A stretch of DNA of 64,000 nt from Spirochaetota bacterium (GTDB lineage: Bacteria; Spirochaetota; Spirochaetia; Treponematales; UBA12059), in NCBI GenBank assembly GCA_018262985.1, contig JADFDI010000010.1:9274-73273 (forward strand). The letters run 5' to 3'. Position 1 is the first letter of the stretch; each line of letters starts with the position of its first letter. Under the pieces are notes generated by a model. It ran no database searches. It worked only from the letters and a program-made list of their open reading frames with translations, and was not told the DNA's origin. The translations under genes were made by a program, and so were the position numbers. This document shows, one piece after another, positions 1 to 9,289 of the stretch.

Positions 1-870
1 GCGCTCGCCTTAGCCACGGGAACCGTCCTTTTCGTGGCCGTACAGGCCTGGCTCGTCGCCTCGGGGCTCGGCATCCGCCTCGGCCACGTGGAAGCCATTC
101 CACGTTCCCGGGCGGGGCGTTCCGAGATCGGACAGGTGTTCGCCGAGGCGGCTGAAGGGATCGTCGCGGAGGCGCCCGGTCCGCAGGCTCCGCGCGCCGG
201 AACGTACGCGCGGCCCGACGGCGCGGGTGGAGCGCTCGACGAGCTGGCCGCCCTCGAACGGCTCCGCGAGCGCCTCGCGCGTTCGGAAGCGGAAGGCGCG
301 TTCGGGCAGGGGGAGCGGAGCGCCTCGGGCGCCGGAGCGGATCCGGAGGGCCGAGCGGCGCCGGACGGCGGCCCGGCCGAGCCGGACGAGGCGGGCGGCT
401 CCGTCACGAGGGGCCGGCCCCCCGCCGCGGCCCCGGACTCCGGCTCGGGCGATGACGGCGAGGAAGGCGCGGGCGGAGGCGCCGGGGGACAGAGCTCCGG
501 AACCGGGAGCGGGGACGACGGTCCGGGCTCCGCCGCCGCGGGTGATTCCGCCCCCGAGGGGACCGAGGGCCGGGGATCGCCCGGCGCCGCCACGAACGCC
601 GGAACCGGCCACGAGGGTTCGGGGAGCAGCCTCGAGGCGAGCCCGCTGGTCGACTATCGCGCGCGCTTCGAGCGACTGCTGGCCGCGCGCCTGGCCGGCG
701 CGCCGGCCGCGTACGCCGCCTCGCCCTTCCTCTCGCCGGAACGCTACGCAGAGACGGTCGCGCGCGCCTACGGAAGCCTCCGCATCGGCATCGCCGCGAC
801 GGCCGACGAGGAAGCGACGGCCCTGGCGCTGTCCGCGGCCTGGGCGGCCCTGCGGGAGGCCGCGCGATGA
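1..870 (+). CDS. hypothetical protein, 5' partial; hydrophobic N-terminal segment then Gly/Asp/Ala/Pro-rich low-complexity region
   Basis: Frame 1 is open from the window edge to the GTG at 34, so the true start may lie upstream. Third-position GC is high. Stop overlaps the next start (ATGA at 867-870). No family recognised. Confidence 0.45.
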   Translation, partial: ALALATGTVLFVAVQAWLVASGLGIRLGHVEAIPRSRAGRSEIGQVFAEAAEGIVAEAPGPQAPRAGTYARPDGAGGALDELAALERLRERLARSEAEGAFGQGERSASGAGADPEGRAAPDGGPAEPDEAGGSVTRGRPPAAAPDSGSGDDGEEGAGGGAGGQSSGTGSGDDGPGSAAAGDSAPEGTEGRGSPGAATNAGTGHEGSGSSLEASPLVDYRARFERLLAARLAGAPAAYAASPFLSPERYAETVARAYGSLRIGIAATADEEATALALSAAWAALREAAR

Positions 871-1652
871 ACGGGATGCGGCGGCCCGGCAGGGGAGCGT
901 CCCGTCTCGGTTCCGCGTTCCGGGCATCGCGCGGGCCGATCGGCCGCTTCGCGGGGTTGGCCGAGGGCCGCGTCGCCTTCGCGCTCGCGGCGGCCTGCGT
1001 CGGAGCGCTCCAATGGGCGCTCGCGGCCATCCTCCAGCGAGCTCTGTCCCTCGACGGGGCGGGCTCGCCGACGCCGGAGGCCTTGCCCCGCGTCGCGGCC
1101 GCCGTCCTGACGGAAGAGCTGCCCCGTCTCGCCGCCGGCCTGGCCTTCGCCCTCGCGGCGCGGAAGGCGCGCTACGGGGCCCTCGCGCTTTTCGGCCCGG
1201 TGGCCTCGACCGCCTTCGCCCTCCTCGAGAACCTCGCCTTCCTCGCGGCTTTTCCCGACGCCTCGGCCTTCCGGCGCCTCTTCTGGTCGACGCCGCTCCA
1301 TGTCGGCGCGGCGCTCGGCTTCGCCCTGGCCTTCGCGCCGCTCGCGCGCGGCGAGTCGGCGAAGGCCGCGCGTCCCCTGGCCCGCGGCGCCATCGCGTTC
1401 GGGACGGCCTTCCTCTGGCATCTTACCCTCAATCTCGGAGCGCTCGCCGGACCCGGCCCCGCGCTCCGGACGGCCGTCGGCGCGGCCAACCTCGCCGCGC
1501 TGGCGATCCTGGCCGCGCGCGCGACCGCGGCCCTCGACCGCCCTTCGCTCATCGACCTGGATACCCCGCGCCCGGCGCGGAAGAGAAGGCGCGGACGCGG
1601 CGACGAGCGCGACCCGACCCGAGGAGTACACGATGGATTCGAACGAGCTTGA
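867..1652 (+). CDS. polytopic membrane protein, possibly PrsW-like intramembrane protease (weak)
   Basis: Several hydrophobic helices. Motifs ALLENLAF and WHLTLN (HxxxN) resemble PrsW-family signatures. Start is coupled to the upstream gene (ATGA). Confidence 0.5.
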   Translation: MNGMRRPGRGASRLGSAFRASRGPIGRFAGLAEGRVAFALAAACVGALQWALAAILQRALSLDGAGSPTPEALPRVAAAVLTEELPRLAAGLAFALAARKARYGALALFGPVASTAFALLENLAFLAAFPDASAFRRLFWSTPLHVGAALGFALAFAPLARGESAKAARPLARGAIAFGTAFLWHLTLNLGALAGPGPALRTAVGAANLAALAILAARATAALDRPSLIDLDTPRPARKRRRGRGDERDPTRGVHDGFERA

Positions 1653-2643
1653 ACGGGGCCTCGCGCGGGTGCGGGACTTCTACGACCGCTACCGCCTTTA
1701 CGCGGGCGAGCGGGTGCTCGGCTGCCCGGAGCTCCTCGAGAAGCTCTTCATCGCCCTGCTCTCGGGCGGGCACGTGCTGCTCGAGGGCGCGCCGGGCCTC
1801 GGCAAGACGAGCCTGGCGCGCGCGTACGCGGAGTTCCTCGGGCTCGGCTTCCGGCGCGTGCAGTTCACGCCGGACCTGATGCCGCTCGACGTCATCGGCT
1901 CGAACATCCTCGAGCAGGACGAGACGGGCGTCCGCCGCTTCCGCTTCTTCGAGGGTCCCATCTTCACCAACGTGGTGCTCGGCGACGAGATCAACCGCGC
2001 GACGCCGAAGACGCAATCGGCCTTCCTCGAGGCCATGGAGGAGCGGAGGGTGAGCGTGCTCGGCGAGACGAGGACGCTGCCCGATCCTTTCTTCGTCATC
2101 GCCACGCAGAACCCGATCGAGCTCGAGGGCACCTACCCCCTGCCCGAGGCGCAGGTCGACCGCTTCTTCATGAAGCTCGATTTCCGGATGCCATCCTTCG
2201 CCGACCTGGTTTCGATCCTCGAACTGGGGGAAAGGCGCCCCGTCGGGCGGTCGGCGGAGCTCGGGGAAACCCAGGAGGTCCTGGCCGAATGGAACCGGCT
2301 CCACGCCGAGCTCGCGGTGCCGCCGTCGCTCAAGGCGTACGTCGCCCGGCTCGTGCTGGCGACGCACCCTTCGCCTTCGAGCCCGGAGGCCGCCCGCCGC
2401 ATGGTGCTGTCGGGCGCCTCGCCGCGAGCGGCCATCGCGCTGCTCAAGGCGGCCAAGGCGCGCGCCGCCGTCCGCGGACGCGCGCGCGTGTCGTTCGACG
2501 ACGTCGACGAGCTCTTCGGCGACGTGGCCGCGCACCGCGTGGTGCTCTCGTTCGAGGCGGAGAGCGAGGGCGTCGACCGCCGCGAGCTGCTCTCGAACCT
2601 GGTCGGCGAAACGCGGCGCGCCTTCGCGGAGCGCGACGAGTGA
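1633..2643 (+). CDS. MoxR-family AAA+ ATPase
   Basis: Start MDSNELERG at ATG 1633. Walker A GAPGLGKT, Walker B VVLGDEINRA, ATQNPIELEGTYPLPEAQVDRF are typical of MoxR/RavA-type ATPases. Confidence 0.9.
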   Translation: MDSNELERGLARVRDFYDRYRLYAGERVLGCPELLEKLFIALLSGGHVLLEGAPGLGKTSLARAYAEFLGLGFRRVQFTPDLMPLDVIGSNILEQDETGVRRFRFFEGPIFTNVVLGDEINRATPKTQSAFLEAMEERRVSVLGETRTLPDPFFVIATQNPIELEGTYPLPEAQVDRFFMKLDFRMPSFADLVSILELGERRPVGRSAELGETQEVLAEWNRLHAELAVPPSLKAYVARLVLATHPSPSSPEAARRMVLSGASPRAAIALLKAAKARAAVRGRARVSFDDVDELFGDVAAHRVVLSFEAESEGVDRRELLSNLVGETRRAFAERDE

Positions 2644-3479
2644 TCCTGCCCGACGCCGCGTGCCCGGCCATCGCGGCGGCCTTCTCGCGCCGCGCCGTGC
2701 GAGCCTTCCTGCCCGCCTCGGTGCGCGCGCGGGAACCCATGTTCCGGCGCTCGGGCTCGAGCTTCGACCTCAAGACCATCCGCGAGTACCAGGGTTCCGA
2801 CGACCCGCGCTCCATCGACTGGCGCCTCCTCGCGCGCACCGACCGCGCCTACGTCAAGGAATTCCGGGACGAGGCCGGAGAGGGCGTGGCCTTCCTGCTC
2901 GACGCCTCGGCCTCGATGGAGATCTTCGACCGGGAGGACTACGGCAGGCTCGTAGTGTCGCTCGGCTGGCTGCTCGGCGCGCTCGGCATCGCCGTAGAGG
3001 CGGCCGTCTTCGACGAAGCCTGCGCGCCGCGGGTCACGAGGCTCGGACGGCGCGGCGACGCGCGCGCCCTGGCCTCGCTCTTCGAGGCGACCGAGTTCCG
3101 GGGGCGCACCGACATCGGCCGTGCCGTGAACTCGCTCCGGAGGCGCAGCGCCTTCAGGCGGCTCTTCCTCTTCTCGGATTTCCTCGACCCGCGCTTCGAT
3201 CCGCGCAGGCAGCGCTTTCCCGACACCTTCCTCTTCCAGCTCCGCGCACCCTTCGCCGCCCTCGCGCCGGTCGAGGGCGAGCTCGAGATCGAGGATCCGG
3301 AGACGGGCGGGCTGCTCCGCGCGCCCTGGGACGCGGCCGAGGCGGCTCGCTACGAGGCGGAGGAGGAAGCGCTCCGCCGGAAGCTCTCGTCGGCGCCGCG
3401 CACCGGGCACTGGACGCTCGAAAAGGGCGCGGACCGCGAGGCGGTCTACTGGGCCGCGCTGGAGCGCCTCCATGCCTGA
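2640..3479 (+). CDS. DUF58 family protein (MoxR partner, vWA-like)
   Basis: GTG at 2640 overlaps the moxR stop (GTGA). REYQGSDDPRSIDWRLLARTDRAYVKEF is the DUF58 signature region. An alternative ATG start lies near 2739. Confidence 0.8.
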   Translation: MILPDAACPAIAAAFSRRAVRAFLPASVRAREPMFRRSGSSFDLKTIREYQGSDDPRSIDWRLLARTDRAYVKEFRDEAGEGVAFLLDASASMEIFDREDYGRLVVSLGWLLGALGIAVEAAVFDEACAPRVTRLGRRGDARALASLFEATEFRGRTDIGRAVNSLRRRSAFRRLFLFSDFLDPRFDPRRQRFPDTFLFQLRAPFAALAPVEGELEIEDPETGGLLRAPWDAAEAARYEAEEEALRRKLSSAPRTGHWTLEKGADREAVYWAALERLHA

Positions 3480-4953
3480 GTTCGCGGTACGCCTCGCGTT
3501 GCTGTTGATGCCCGTCGCGGCGCTGCTCTTCGCGGGGCTCCTCAGGCGGCAACGGCTCCGCTACCCGCACACGCTCTTCCTCGGGCGCGACGGGCGGACC
3601 GCGGGCCGGCTCCTTTTCAGGCGGCTCAGGCTCTTCTACGACGCCGCCATCGACGCGTTCATCGCCCTGGTCATCGCGGCGGCGCTCGGAGGCTGGCCCG
3701 GGCCGCGCGAGCTGCCGGCCGCCTTCGTGGTCGACTGGTCGCGCTCAATGGCCGAGGGCTTCCCCGGCTCGCGCCCGGTCGACCTGGCCATCCGCTCGCT
3801 CCGGGCCGATCCGCGCGCCGAGGGCGCCTCGTGGTTCCTGCTCAGGCAGGACCCGCTCTCGGGGGAAGCGGTCGTGGAGGACGCGACGGCCGCGATCGCG
3901 GGCGGGGGCGATCCGGCCTCGCTCGTGGCGGTGCTGCGCGCGACGCGGCCCATGCTCGGCGCGGACCCCTCCGCGCTCGCCGCGCTTTCGCGAAAGGCGC
4001 GCCGCGACATCGTGCTCGCGAGCGATTCCGCGGCCTACGAAGCGGTCGGCTTCGAGCTGCTGGCCATGCCGAGCTCGCCCGTACGAGCCGCCCTGCCAGC
4101 CCGGGTTTCGCGGGACCACGAGGCGGGCGGCTGGACCGCCTTCCTGGCGGCTCGGGGCGGCGCCCGCGAGCTCCTCGTCCTCGAGCCGGGTCCGGAAGGC
4201 GCGGCGCCCAGGCCGCTCGGACCGGAGCGCGCCGCCGTCGAAGCCGTCGACGGCGGCTGGAAGGTCAGGCTCTCCGCGCCGGGCGCCTACCTGGCCATGG
4301 CCGAGGACGCGACGCTGCCCTTCGTCGCGACGGAAGGACCCGGGCGCCCGTCCGGGCATGGCTCCTTTTCCGCCGCCATGGCGGGGGTCTTCGAGTTCCT
4401 GCCGGATCTGGGCGGAAGGGGCGCGGTCTTCACCGATGCCCCGCAGGGGGACGGAGCTCGCGGTCCGGCTCCGGTCGGCGGCGTCGACGGCGCGCGGATC
4501 GTGGCGAGCGCTATCGCGACCGATGCGGAAACCGCGGTCCGCCTCGCCGATCCCGCCTCGACGCGCGGACGGCTCCTCGCGCTCGGCGCGCCCGGGGCAG
4601 GGCCGCCGGAGGCGGACTTCGTCCTCGCCCCGCGCGCCCTCGACAACCCGAACCTGCCGCTCGCCTACTGGACCGTACTGGAGCGAGAGGCCGCGCGGAT
4701 CGACGGGGCCTTCGAGGCGTTGAAGATCGTGAGCGCCGGTGACGGCCTGTTCGCGTACGGCTCCGACGGCCGGGTCCGCGCCGCGGCGCCGCCGGCCGCC
4801 GAGTACGAGGAGGCTACGCCGGGACCGCGCGTCGTCCTCCCCTCCCCCGAAGCGCGCCGCTGGATTCCGGCGTCGCTCCTGGCCCTGCTCGCCCTGGCCA
4901 AGCTCGCATTGGCCCGCGCCTTCGCCCGTCCGGGGAGGAAGGGCGGGCCTTGA
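3472..4953 (+). CDS. BatA-like membrane-anchored protein with putative vWA MIDAS motif
   Basis: Start overlaps the DUF58 stop. N-terminal TM helices, FVVDWSRSM (DxSxS MIDAS-like) and a C-terminal TM helix. Position downstream of MoxR-DUF58 matches Bat operons. Confidence 0.6.
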   Translation: MPEFAVRLALLLMPVAALLFAGLLRRQRLRYPHTLFLGRDGRTAGRLLFRRLRLFYDAAIDAFIALVIAAALGGWPGPRELPAAFVVDWSRSMAEGFPGSRPVDLAIRSLRADPRAEGASWFLLRQDPLSGEAVVEDATAAIAGGGDPASLVAVLRATRPMLGADPSALAALSRKARRDIVLASDSAAYEAVGFELLAMPSSPVRAALPARVSRDHEAGGWTAFLAARGGARELLVLEPGPEGAAPRPLGPERAAVEAVDGGWKVRLSAPGAYLAMAEDATLPFVATEGPGRPSGHGSFSAAMAGVFEFLPDLGGRGAVFTDAPQGDGARGPAPVGGVDGARIVASAIATDAETAVRLADPASTRGRLLALGAPGAGPPEADFVLAPRALDNPNLPLAYWTVLEREAARIDGAFEALKIVSAGDGLFAYGSDGRVRAAAPPAAEYEEATPGPRVVLPSPEARRWIPASLLALLALAKLALARAFARPGRKGGP

Positions 4954-4956
4954 GTC

Positions 4957-6390
4957 TCAGGTCCTGAACTTCCGGTAGCGCTCGAAGAACGAGAGCTTGA
5001 GGTCGTGGACCGACTGGGTGAGCGCGACCTTGTAGGCGTGCGGATTGAGCAGGCGCAGGTAGGTGGCGTCGAAACGGGCGAGCTCGGCGTCCAGGACCCG
5101 CCGCGCGTCCTCGAGGCCGCCGCCCGCGGCTTCCCGCCGCCCCTCCGTCATGACGCGGCGGAGCAGGGGGCGCGCCTCGCAGCAGGGCGTCCAGGCGAAG
5201 CGCCGGGCGTCCAGGGCCGGGTGGTGGAAGGTCTGCTCGACGCCGGTCGGGATGCCCTCGCCCTCCGGAGCGAGCACGTCCGCCTTGGCCATGCCGCGCT
5301 CGTCGTAGAGGCGCCAGACGTCCTTGACGCCGGGATTCGTCGCCTTTTCCGGGACGTCGGAGAACTTCATCACGGGCTCCAGCCGCCCGTCCTCGCCCGC
5401 CCGCGCGGCCAGCTTGTAGACGCCCGTGAAGGAGCTCTCCGAGCCGCCGGTGACGAGGTTGGTGCCGACGCCCCAGGTGTCCACAGGCGCGCCTTCGGCC
5501 ACCAGATGCTCGACGATCTCCTCGTCGAGCTCGTTCGACACGACGATGTAGGCGTCGCGGAGGCCCGCGGCGTCGAGGGCTTCGCGCGCGCGGATCGAGA
5601 GGTACTGGATGTCGCCCGAGTCCAGGCGTATGCCGAAGCGGCGACCCTCGGCGGCCAGGCGCCTGCCGACCTTGATCGCGTTCGGGACGCCGGAGCCGAG
5701 GGTGTCGTAGGTGTCGACGAGGAAGACGCTGCGGTCCGGGTAGAGGGCCGCGTAGGCCTCGAAGGCTGACAGTTCGTCGGGGAAGGCCATGATCCAGGAA
5801 TGCGCCATGGTGCCCATGGCGGGAATGCCGAAGGTCCGGGCGGCCAGCGCGTTCGAGGTGCCGGCCGCCCCGCCGACGTAGGCGGCGCGGGAGGCCGAGA
5901 GGGCGCCGTCGGGACCCTGGGCGCGGCGGAGCCCGAACTCCATGATGCCCGCGCCCTTGGCGGCCAGCTTGAGGCGGGCGGTCTTGGTGGCGACGAGGCT
6001 CTGGTAGTTCAGGCGGTTGAGGATGAGCCCTTCGACCAGGGCGCACTCCACGATGCCGCCGGAGACGCGCACGAGCGGCTCCTGCGGGAAGACGAGCTCG
6101 CCTTCCCTGGCGGCGTCCACCGTGCCGCGGAAGCGGAAAGCCGCCAGGAAGTCGAGGAAATCCTTGGCGAAGGCTCCCTGGGCCTCCAGCCAGGCGAGGT
6201 CCTCGTCCCCGAAACGGAAGGCCTCGAGGTCCTCGAGCAGGGGTTCGAGACCCGCGAAGACCGAATAGCCGCCGTGCCAGGGCTGCCTTCGGAAGAACAT
6301 CTCGAAGACGGCCGGCCGGTCGGCGCCGCCCTTGAAAAAGCCCTGGGCCATGGTCAGCTCGTAGAAATCGGTGAAAAGGGCGCTCGTCAT
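4957..6390 (-). CDS. pncB: nicotinate phosphoribosyltransferase
   Basis: Starts MTSALFTDFYELTMAQGFF (ATG at 6390). GIPAMGTMAHSWIMAF and overall colinearity fit PncB. The longer ORF to 6765 is an upstream extension overlapping pncA. Confidence 0.9.
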   Translation of the reverse strand: MTSALFTDFYELTMAQGFFKGGADRPAVFEMFFRRQPWHGGYSVFAGLEPLLEDLEAFRFGDEDLAWLEAQGAFAKDFLDFLAAFRFRGTVDAAREGELVFPQEPLVRVSGGIVECALVEGLILNRLNYQSLVATKTARLKLAAKGAGIMEFGLRRAQGPDGALSASRAAYVGGAAGTSNALAARTFGIPAMGTMAHSWIMAFPDELSAFEAYAALYPDRSVFLVDTYDTLGSGVPNAIKVGRRLAAEGRRFGIRLDSGDIQYLSIRAREALDAAGLRDAYIVVSNELDEEIVEHLVAEGAPVDTWGVGTNLVTGGSESSFTGVYKLAARAGEDGRLEPVMKFSDVPEKATNPGVKDVWRLYDERGMAKADVLAPEGEGIPTGVEQTFHHPALDARRFAWTPCCEARPLLRRVMTEGRREAAGGGLEDARRVLDAELARFDATYLRLLNPHAYKVALTQSVHDLKLSFFERYRKFRT

Positions 6391-7025
6391 GGCCGCAACA
6401 GCTCCGCGGAGGAGACGAGGCGGACGCCGGCGCTCTCCATGACCTGGAAGGCGGCCTTCTCGGACCCCGCGGGGACGCCGACCGCCCGGACCGCGTCGGA
6501 GACCACCCAGGTGTCGAAGCCGAGCCTGGCGGCGTCGAGCGCGGAGAAGAGCACGCAGTAGTCCGTGGCGAGCCCGGCGAGGTAGACGCGCCTGACGCCG
6601 AGACCCTGCAGGTAGCCGCGGAGCCCGGTCGGCGTCACGCGGTCGTTCTCGAAGAAAGCCGAGTACGAGTCCAAGCCGGGATTGGCGCCCTTTCGGATGA
6701 TAAGGCGGTAGGGACGGAGGTCGAGGTCCGCGCGAAGCTCGGCGCCCTTCGTCCCCTGCACGCAATGGTCGGGCCAGAGCACCTGCTTGATGCCGCCGAC
6801 GTCGGCGGAGTCGTGGACGGCGGCGCCCGGATGCGCGCTCGCGAAGCTGGCGTGGCCGGCCGGGTGCCAGTCCTGGGTTGCGACGGCGAGGGGGAAGCGC
6901 GGCGCGAGCGCGTTGGCGATGGCCACCACCTCGTCTCCGCCGGGCACGGCAAGGGCCCCGCCGGGGCAGAAGTCGTTCTGGACGTCGACGAGGACGAACG
7001 CGGCGTCCCCGAATAGCTCGCTCAT
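6387..7025 (-). CDS. pncA: nicotinamidase / pyrazinamidase (isochorismatase fold)
   Basis: MSELFGDAAFVLVDVQNDFCPGG, QDWHPAGHASF, LATDYCV (catalytic Cys). 4-nt overlap with the pncB start. Confidence 0.9.
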   Translation of the reverse strand: MSELFGDAAFVLVDVQNDFCPGGALAVPGGDEVVAIANALAPRFPLAVATQDWHPAGHASFASAHPGAAVHDSADVGGIKQVLWPDHCVQGTKGAELRADLDLRPYRLIIRKGANPGLDSYSAFFENDRVTPTGLRGYLQGLGVRRVYLAGLATDYCVLFSALDAARLGFDTWVVSDAVRAVGVPAGSEKAAFQVMESAGVRLVSSAELLRP

Positions 7026-7141
7026 GGCTCCTCCGCGCGCCGCGCCCCGCTCGGGCACCGGCGACGGCTGACAGTACCCTTTCCCGAGCCCTTCCGTAAA
7101 GTGCGAATCCGCGGGGCGGCGCCCGGACCTATACTCGAGAC

Positions 7142-7837
7142 ATGGGAAACACGATGACCGCCAGCCTGGCGGAGGCCGCGCGGGACTACCGCTGGCTGCT
7201 CGACCGGGGCTACCCGGAACGCGGCTCGGCGACGCTGGTCGAGGACCGCCGCCGGCTCGACGCCGCCGAACGGCTGGCCCTCTATCGGGGCGTCAGCTCC
7301 GCCGCGGCCTCGCGATCACGCGCCGCGAAGCGCCTCGGCTCGATCGGGGGCCGCATCCTCGCGCTCGACGCCTACAACGCCCTGTTCCTCTGCGCCAACC
7401 GCCTTGCCGGGCATTTCATCCTGATCGCGGACGACGGCTTCGTGCGCGATGCCGGAGGCGCCCACGGCCGGGTTGCCGACCCGACCCGCTTCGCGCGCGC
7501 CGCGGAACTGGTGGCCGACGCGGTCGCGGCCGCCCGTCCCGCGCGCGTCATCGCCGCCTTCGACTCACCCGTGCCCCGTTCGGCGGAACACGCGCGCGCC
7601 TTCGCCGAGGCGTTGGCCGCGCGGGGCGTCGCGGCGGGGACAGAGCTCGCGAGGAGCGCCGATTTCGCCGTGAAAACCGCGTGCCTCCGGGACGGCGCCG
7701 TGGCCGGCACGGGCGACTCGGCCCTCGTCGACTCGGTCTCGGAGGCTTGGGACGCGGGCCGGGCCGCGCTGGAAGCCTTGGACGGCAGTCCGCCGCCGTA
7801 TGCCGACTTCGGGGTAGCGCTCGGCGCGGGAGCGTGA
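7142..7837 (+). CDS. hypothetical protein, DUF434-like N-terminus (tentative)
   Basis: N-terminal YRWLLDRGYPERGS resembles the DUF434 motif as I remember it. High GC3 in this frame. Contains one motif copy (7637). Confidence 0.4.
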   Translation: MGNTMTASLAEAARDYRWLLDRGYPERGSATLVEDRRRLDAAERLALYRGVSSAAASRSRAAKRLGSIGGRILALDAYNALFLCANRLAGHFILIADDGFVRDAGGAHGRVADPTRFARAAELVADAVAAARPARVIAAFDSPVPRSAEHARAFAEALAARGVAAGTELARSADFAVKTACLRDGAVAGTGDSALVDSVSEAWDAGRAALEALDGSPPPYADFGVALGAGA

Positions 7838-7884
7838 CCGCGGAGACACCGAGGCAAGAGGGAGAGCAGGATGGGGAAAAGGAA

Positions 7885-7910
7885 GCGCCCGCGGCGGGGG
7901 CCGCGGGCGC
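7885..7910. terminator. bidirectional GC hairpin between convergent genes
   Basis: Perfect 10-bp stem GCGCCCGCGG / CCGCGGGCGC with a 6-nt loop. T-containing tract downstream on + (cgtgttgt) and a T-rich tract on - (tccttttcccc). Confidence 0.5.
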
Positions 7911-8025
7911 CGTGTTGTACGTTGGAACTGTGACCTCCGTGGACGCATCGGTCGCGGCCGAACCGCATCGCGCCGCCGAAGTCACGCCCCCATCGGAGCG
8001 ATGGAAAGGGCCCGCGGCGAAACGC

Positions 8026-9251
8026 TCAATAAACGGTGAAGGTGCTCGCCTGTATGGAAAGCATCTTCCAGTATCCGACGGGCATCATGATGCCCGTAGA
8101 GTACTTGGTGGTCGTCGCGAAGCTCGTGCCGTCCGAGAAGATCATCTGGAAATCGTAGATTTTCGTAGTTGTACCGGTCGAAAGCCTTCCCCAAAGGTAC
8201 AGGTCGTCGCCGTTCGCGAGGGGCAGGTTCTCGGTCCAGGAACTCCAGTCCGTGACGTAATGCTCGCGGTACTTCAATCCCGACAGGACCTTCCCCGATA
8301 TATTGGAGACCAGAAGGGCCGCACCGGTCCAGACGTTCACGGTCTTTTCGGCGAGGACCCAGCGTCCGTCCGCGTCGGTGATCTTGACTCCCACCGTGGA
8401 CGTGTCGGTGCGGGTAAGGAAATTGGGGAGATGGAGCGTGGCGGTCGAAGCGGTCTGCCCGGATTGCGCCGCGTCGTCTACCTGCCATTCGTAGGAATAG
8501 GCCCCGGAATAGCCCGCCTGCGTCACCGAGGAGGTGAAATGGGCCGGCTCGTAGGGATAGAGGTAGTCATCGTCGACGGCCAGGGTCGCGGTAGGCCACG
8601 GGACGGGATCGTTGACCGCGAGGGTCGCGGATGCGGTATCAGTCCTAGCGCCGTCCGTGACGGTGACGCTGACGTTCAGCTGGTTGTACTTGACGGGAAC
8701 CGCCGTCCACGTGTACGTGGTGCCCGTTTCTTCGGCGAGCACCTGGCCACCGGCCTTCCACGTGAAGGCCAGGGACGACGCATCCGGAACGTCCACGCTC
8801 GCCGTGAAGACGACCGCGTCGCCGAGGTTCGCGGAGCTCGCGGAACAGGCCAGGGTGACGTCGACCAGGTTGACCACGTCGATCGCCACGGAAGCGGAGG
8901 TCGAATTACGGTGCGTATCCGAAACGATCACCTCGATGGTTACCGAGTTTCCGCCATCGCCATAGGGCGTGTACTCAAAGACGCTCCCGGTTTCCCAACT
9001 GTACTGCGTTCCGTCGACGTACCAGGCGTAGCTCAGAGGATCTCCGTCCGGATCGGAGGCGGTCGCGGTGAAGGTCACTCTGGTGTATTCGTCCGGCGTG
9101 GTGGTGGACGCGCTGAGCTCGACCACGGGCGCGGCGCCGCTGGGGCCGAGCAGTTCGCATCCGCCGAGGCCCACGACGGCGAGCAGGCCGAGTGACAGGG
9201 CGGCGGCCGTCGCGGCGAGAGTGCCGCGGCGGCGAGTTTCGTTGATCGTCA
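8026..9251 (-). CDS. lipoprotein with PKD/Ig-like repeats
   Basis: Start MTINETRRRG at 9251. Lipobox LAVVGLGGC. Repeated segments (TFTATASDPDGDPLSYAWYVDG; FTASVDVPDASSLAFTWKAGG; YSYEWQVDD) look PKD-like. GC is clearly lower than the neighbours. Confidence 0.7.
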
Positions 9252-9289
9252 TGAGTACTCTCCCGGTTCTGCGCGAACGGGGCCGGGGC

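Noticed and set aside
1633-1645. GGATTCGAAC, a tRNA T-arm-like sequence
   Set aside because: It is the start of the MoxR coding sequence (ATG GAT TCG AAC). No acceptor, D or anticodon arms can be folded around it. No tRNA was found anywhere in the window.
227-1879. 550-aa plus-strand ORF, with similar Arg/Pro-rich ORFs elsewhere (e.g. 4814-6046, 15036-16721, 44645-46462, 31079-33040 upstream part)
   Set aside because: These are alternative frames of real genes. Extreme Arg/Pro/Ala/Gly content is typical of off-frame translation of GC-rich coding DNA. In each case the competing frames carry recognisable domains.
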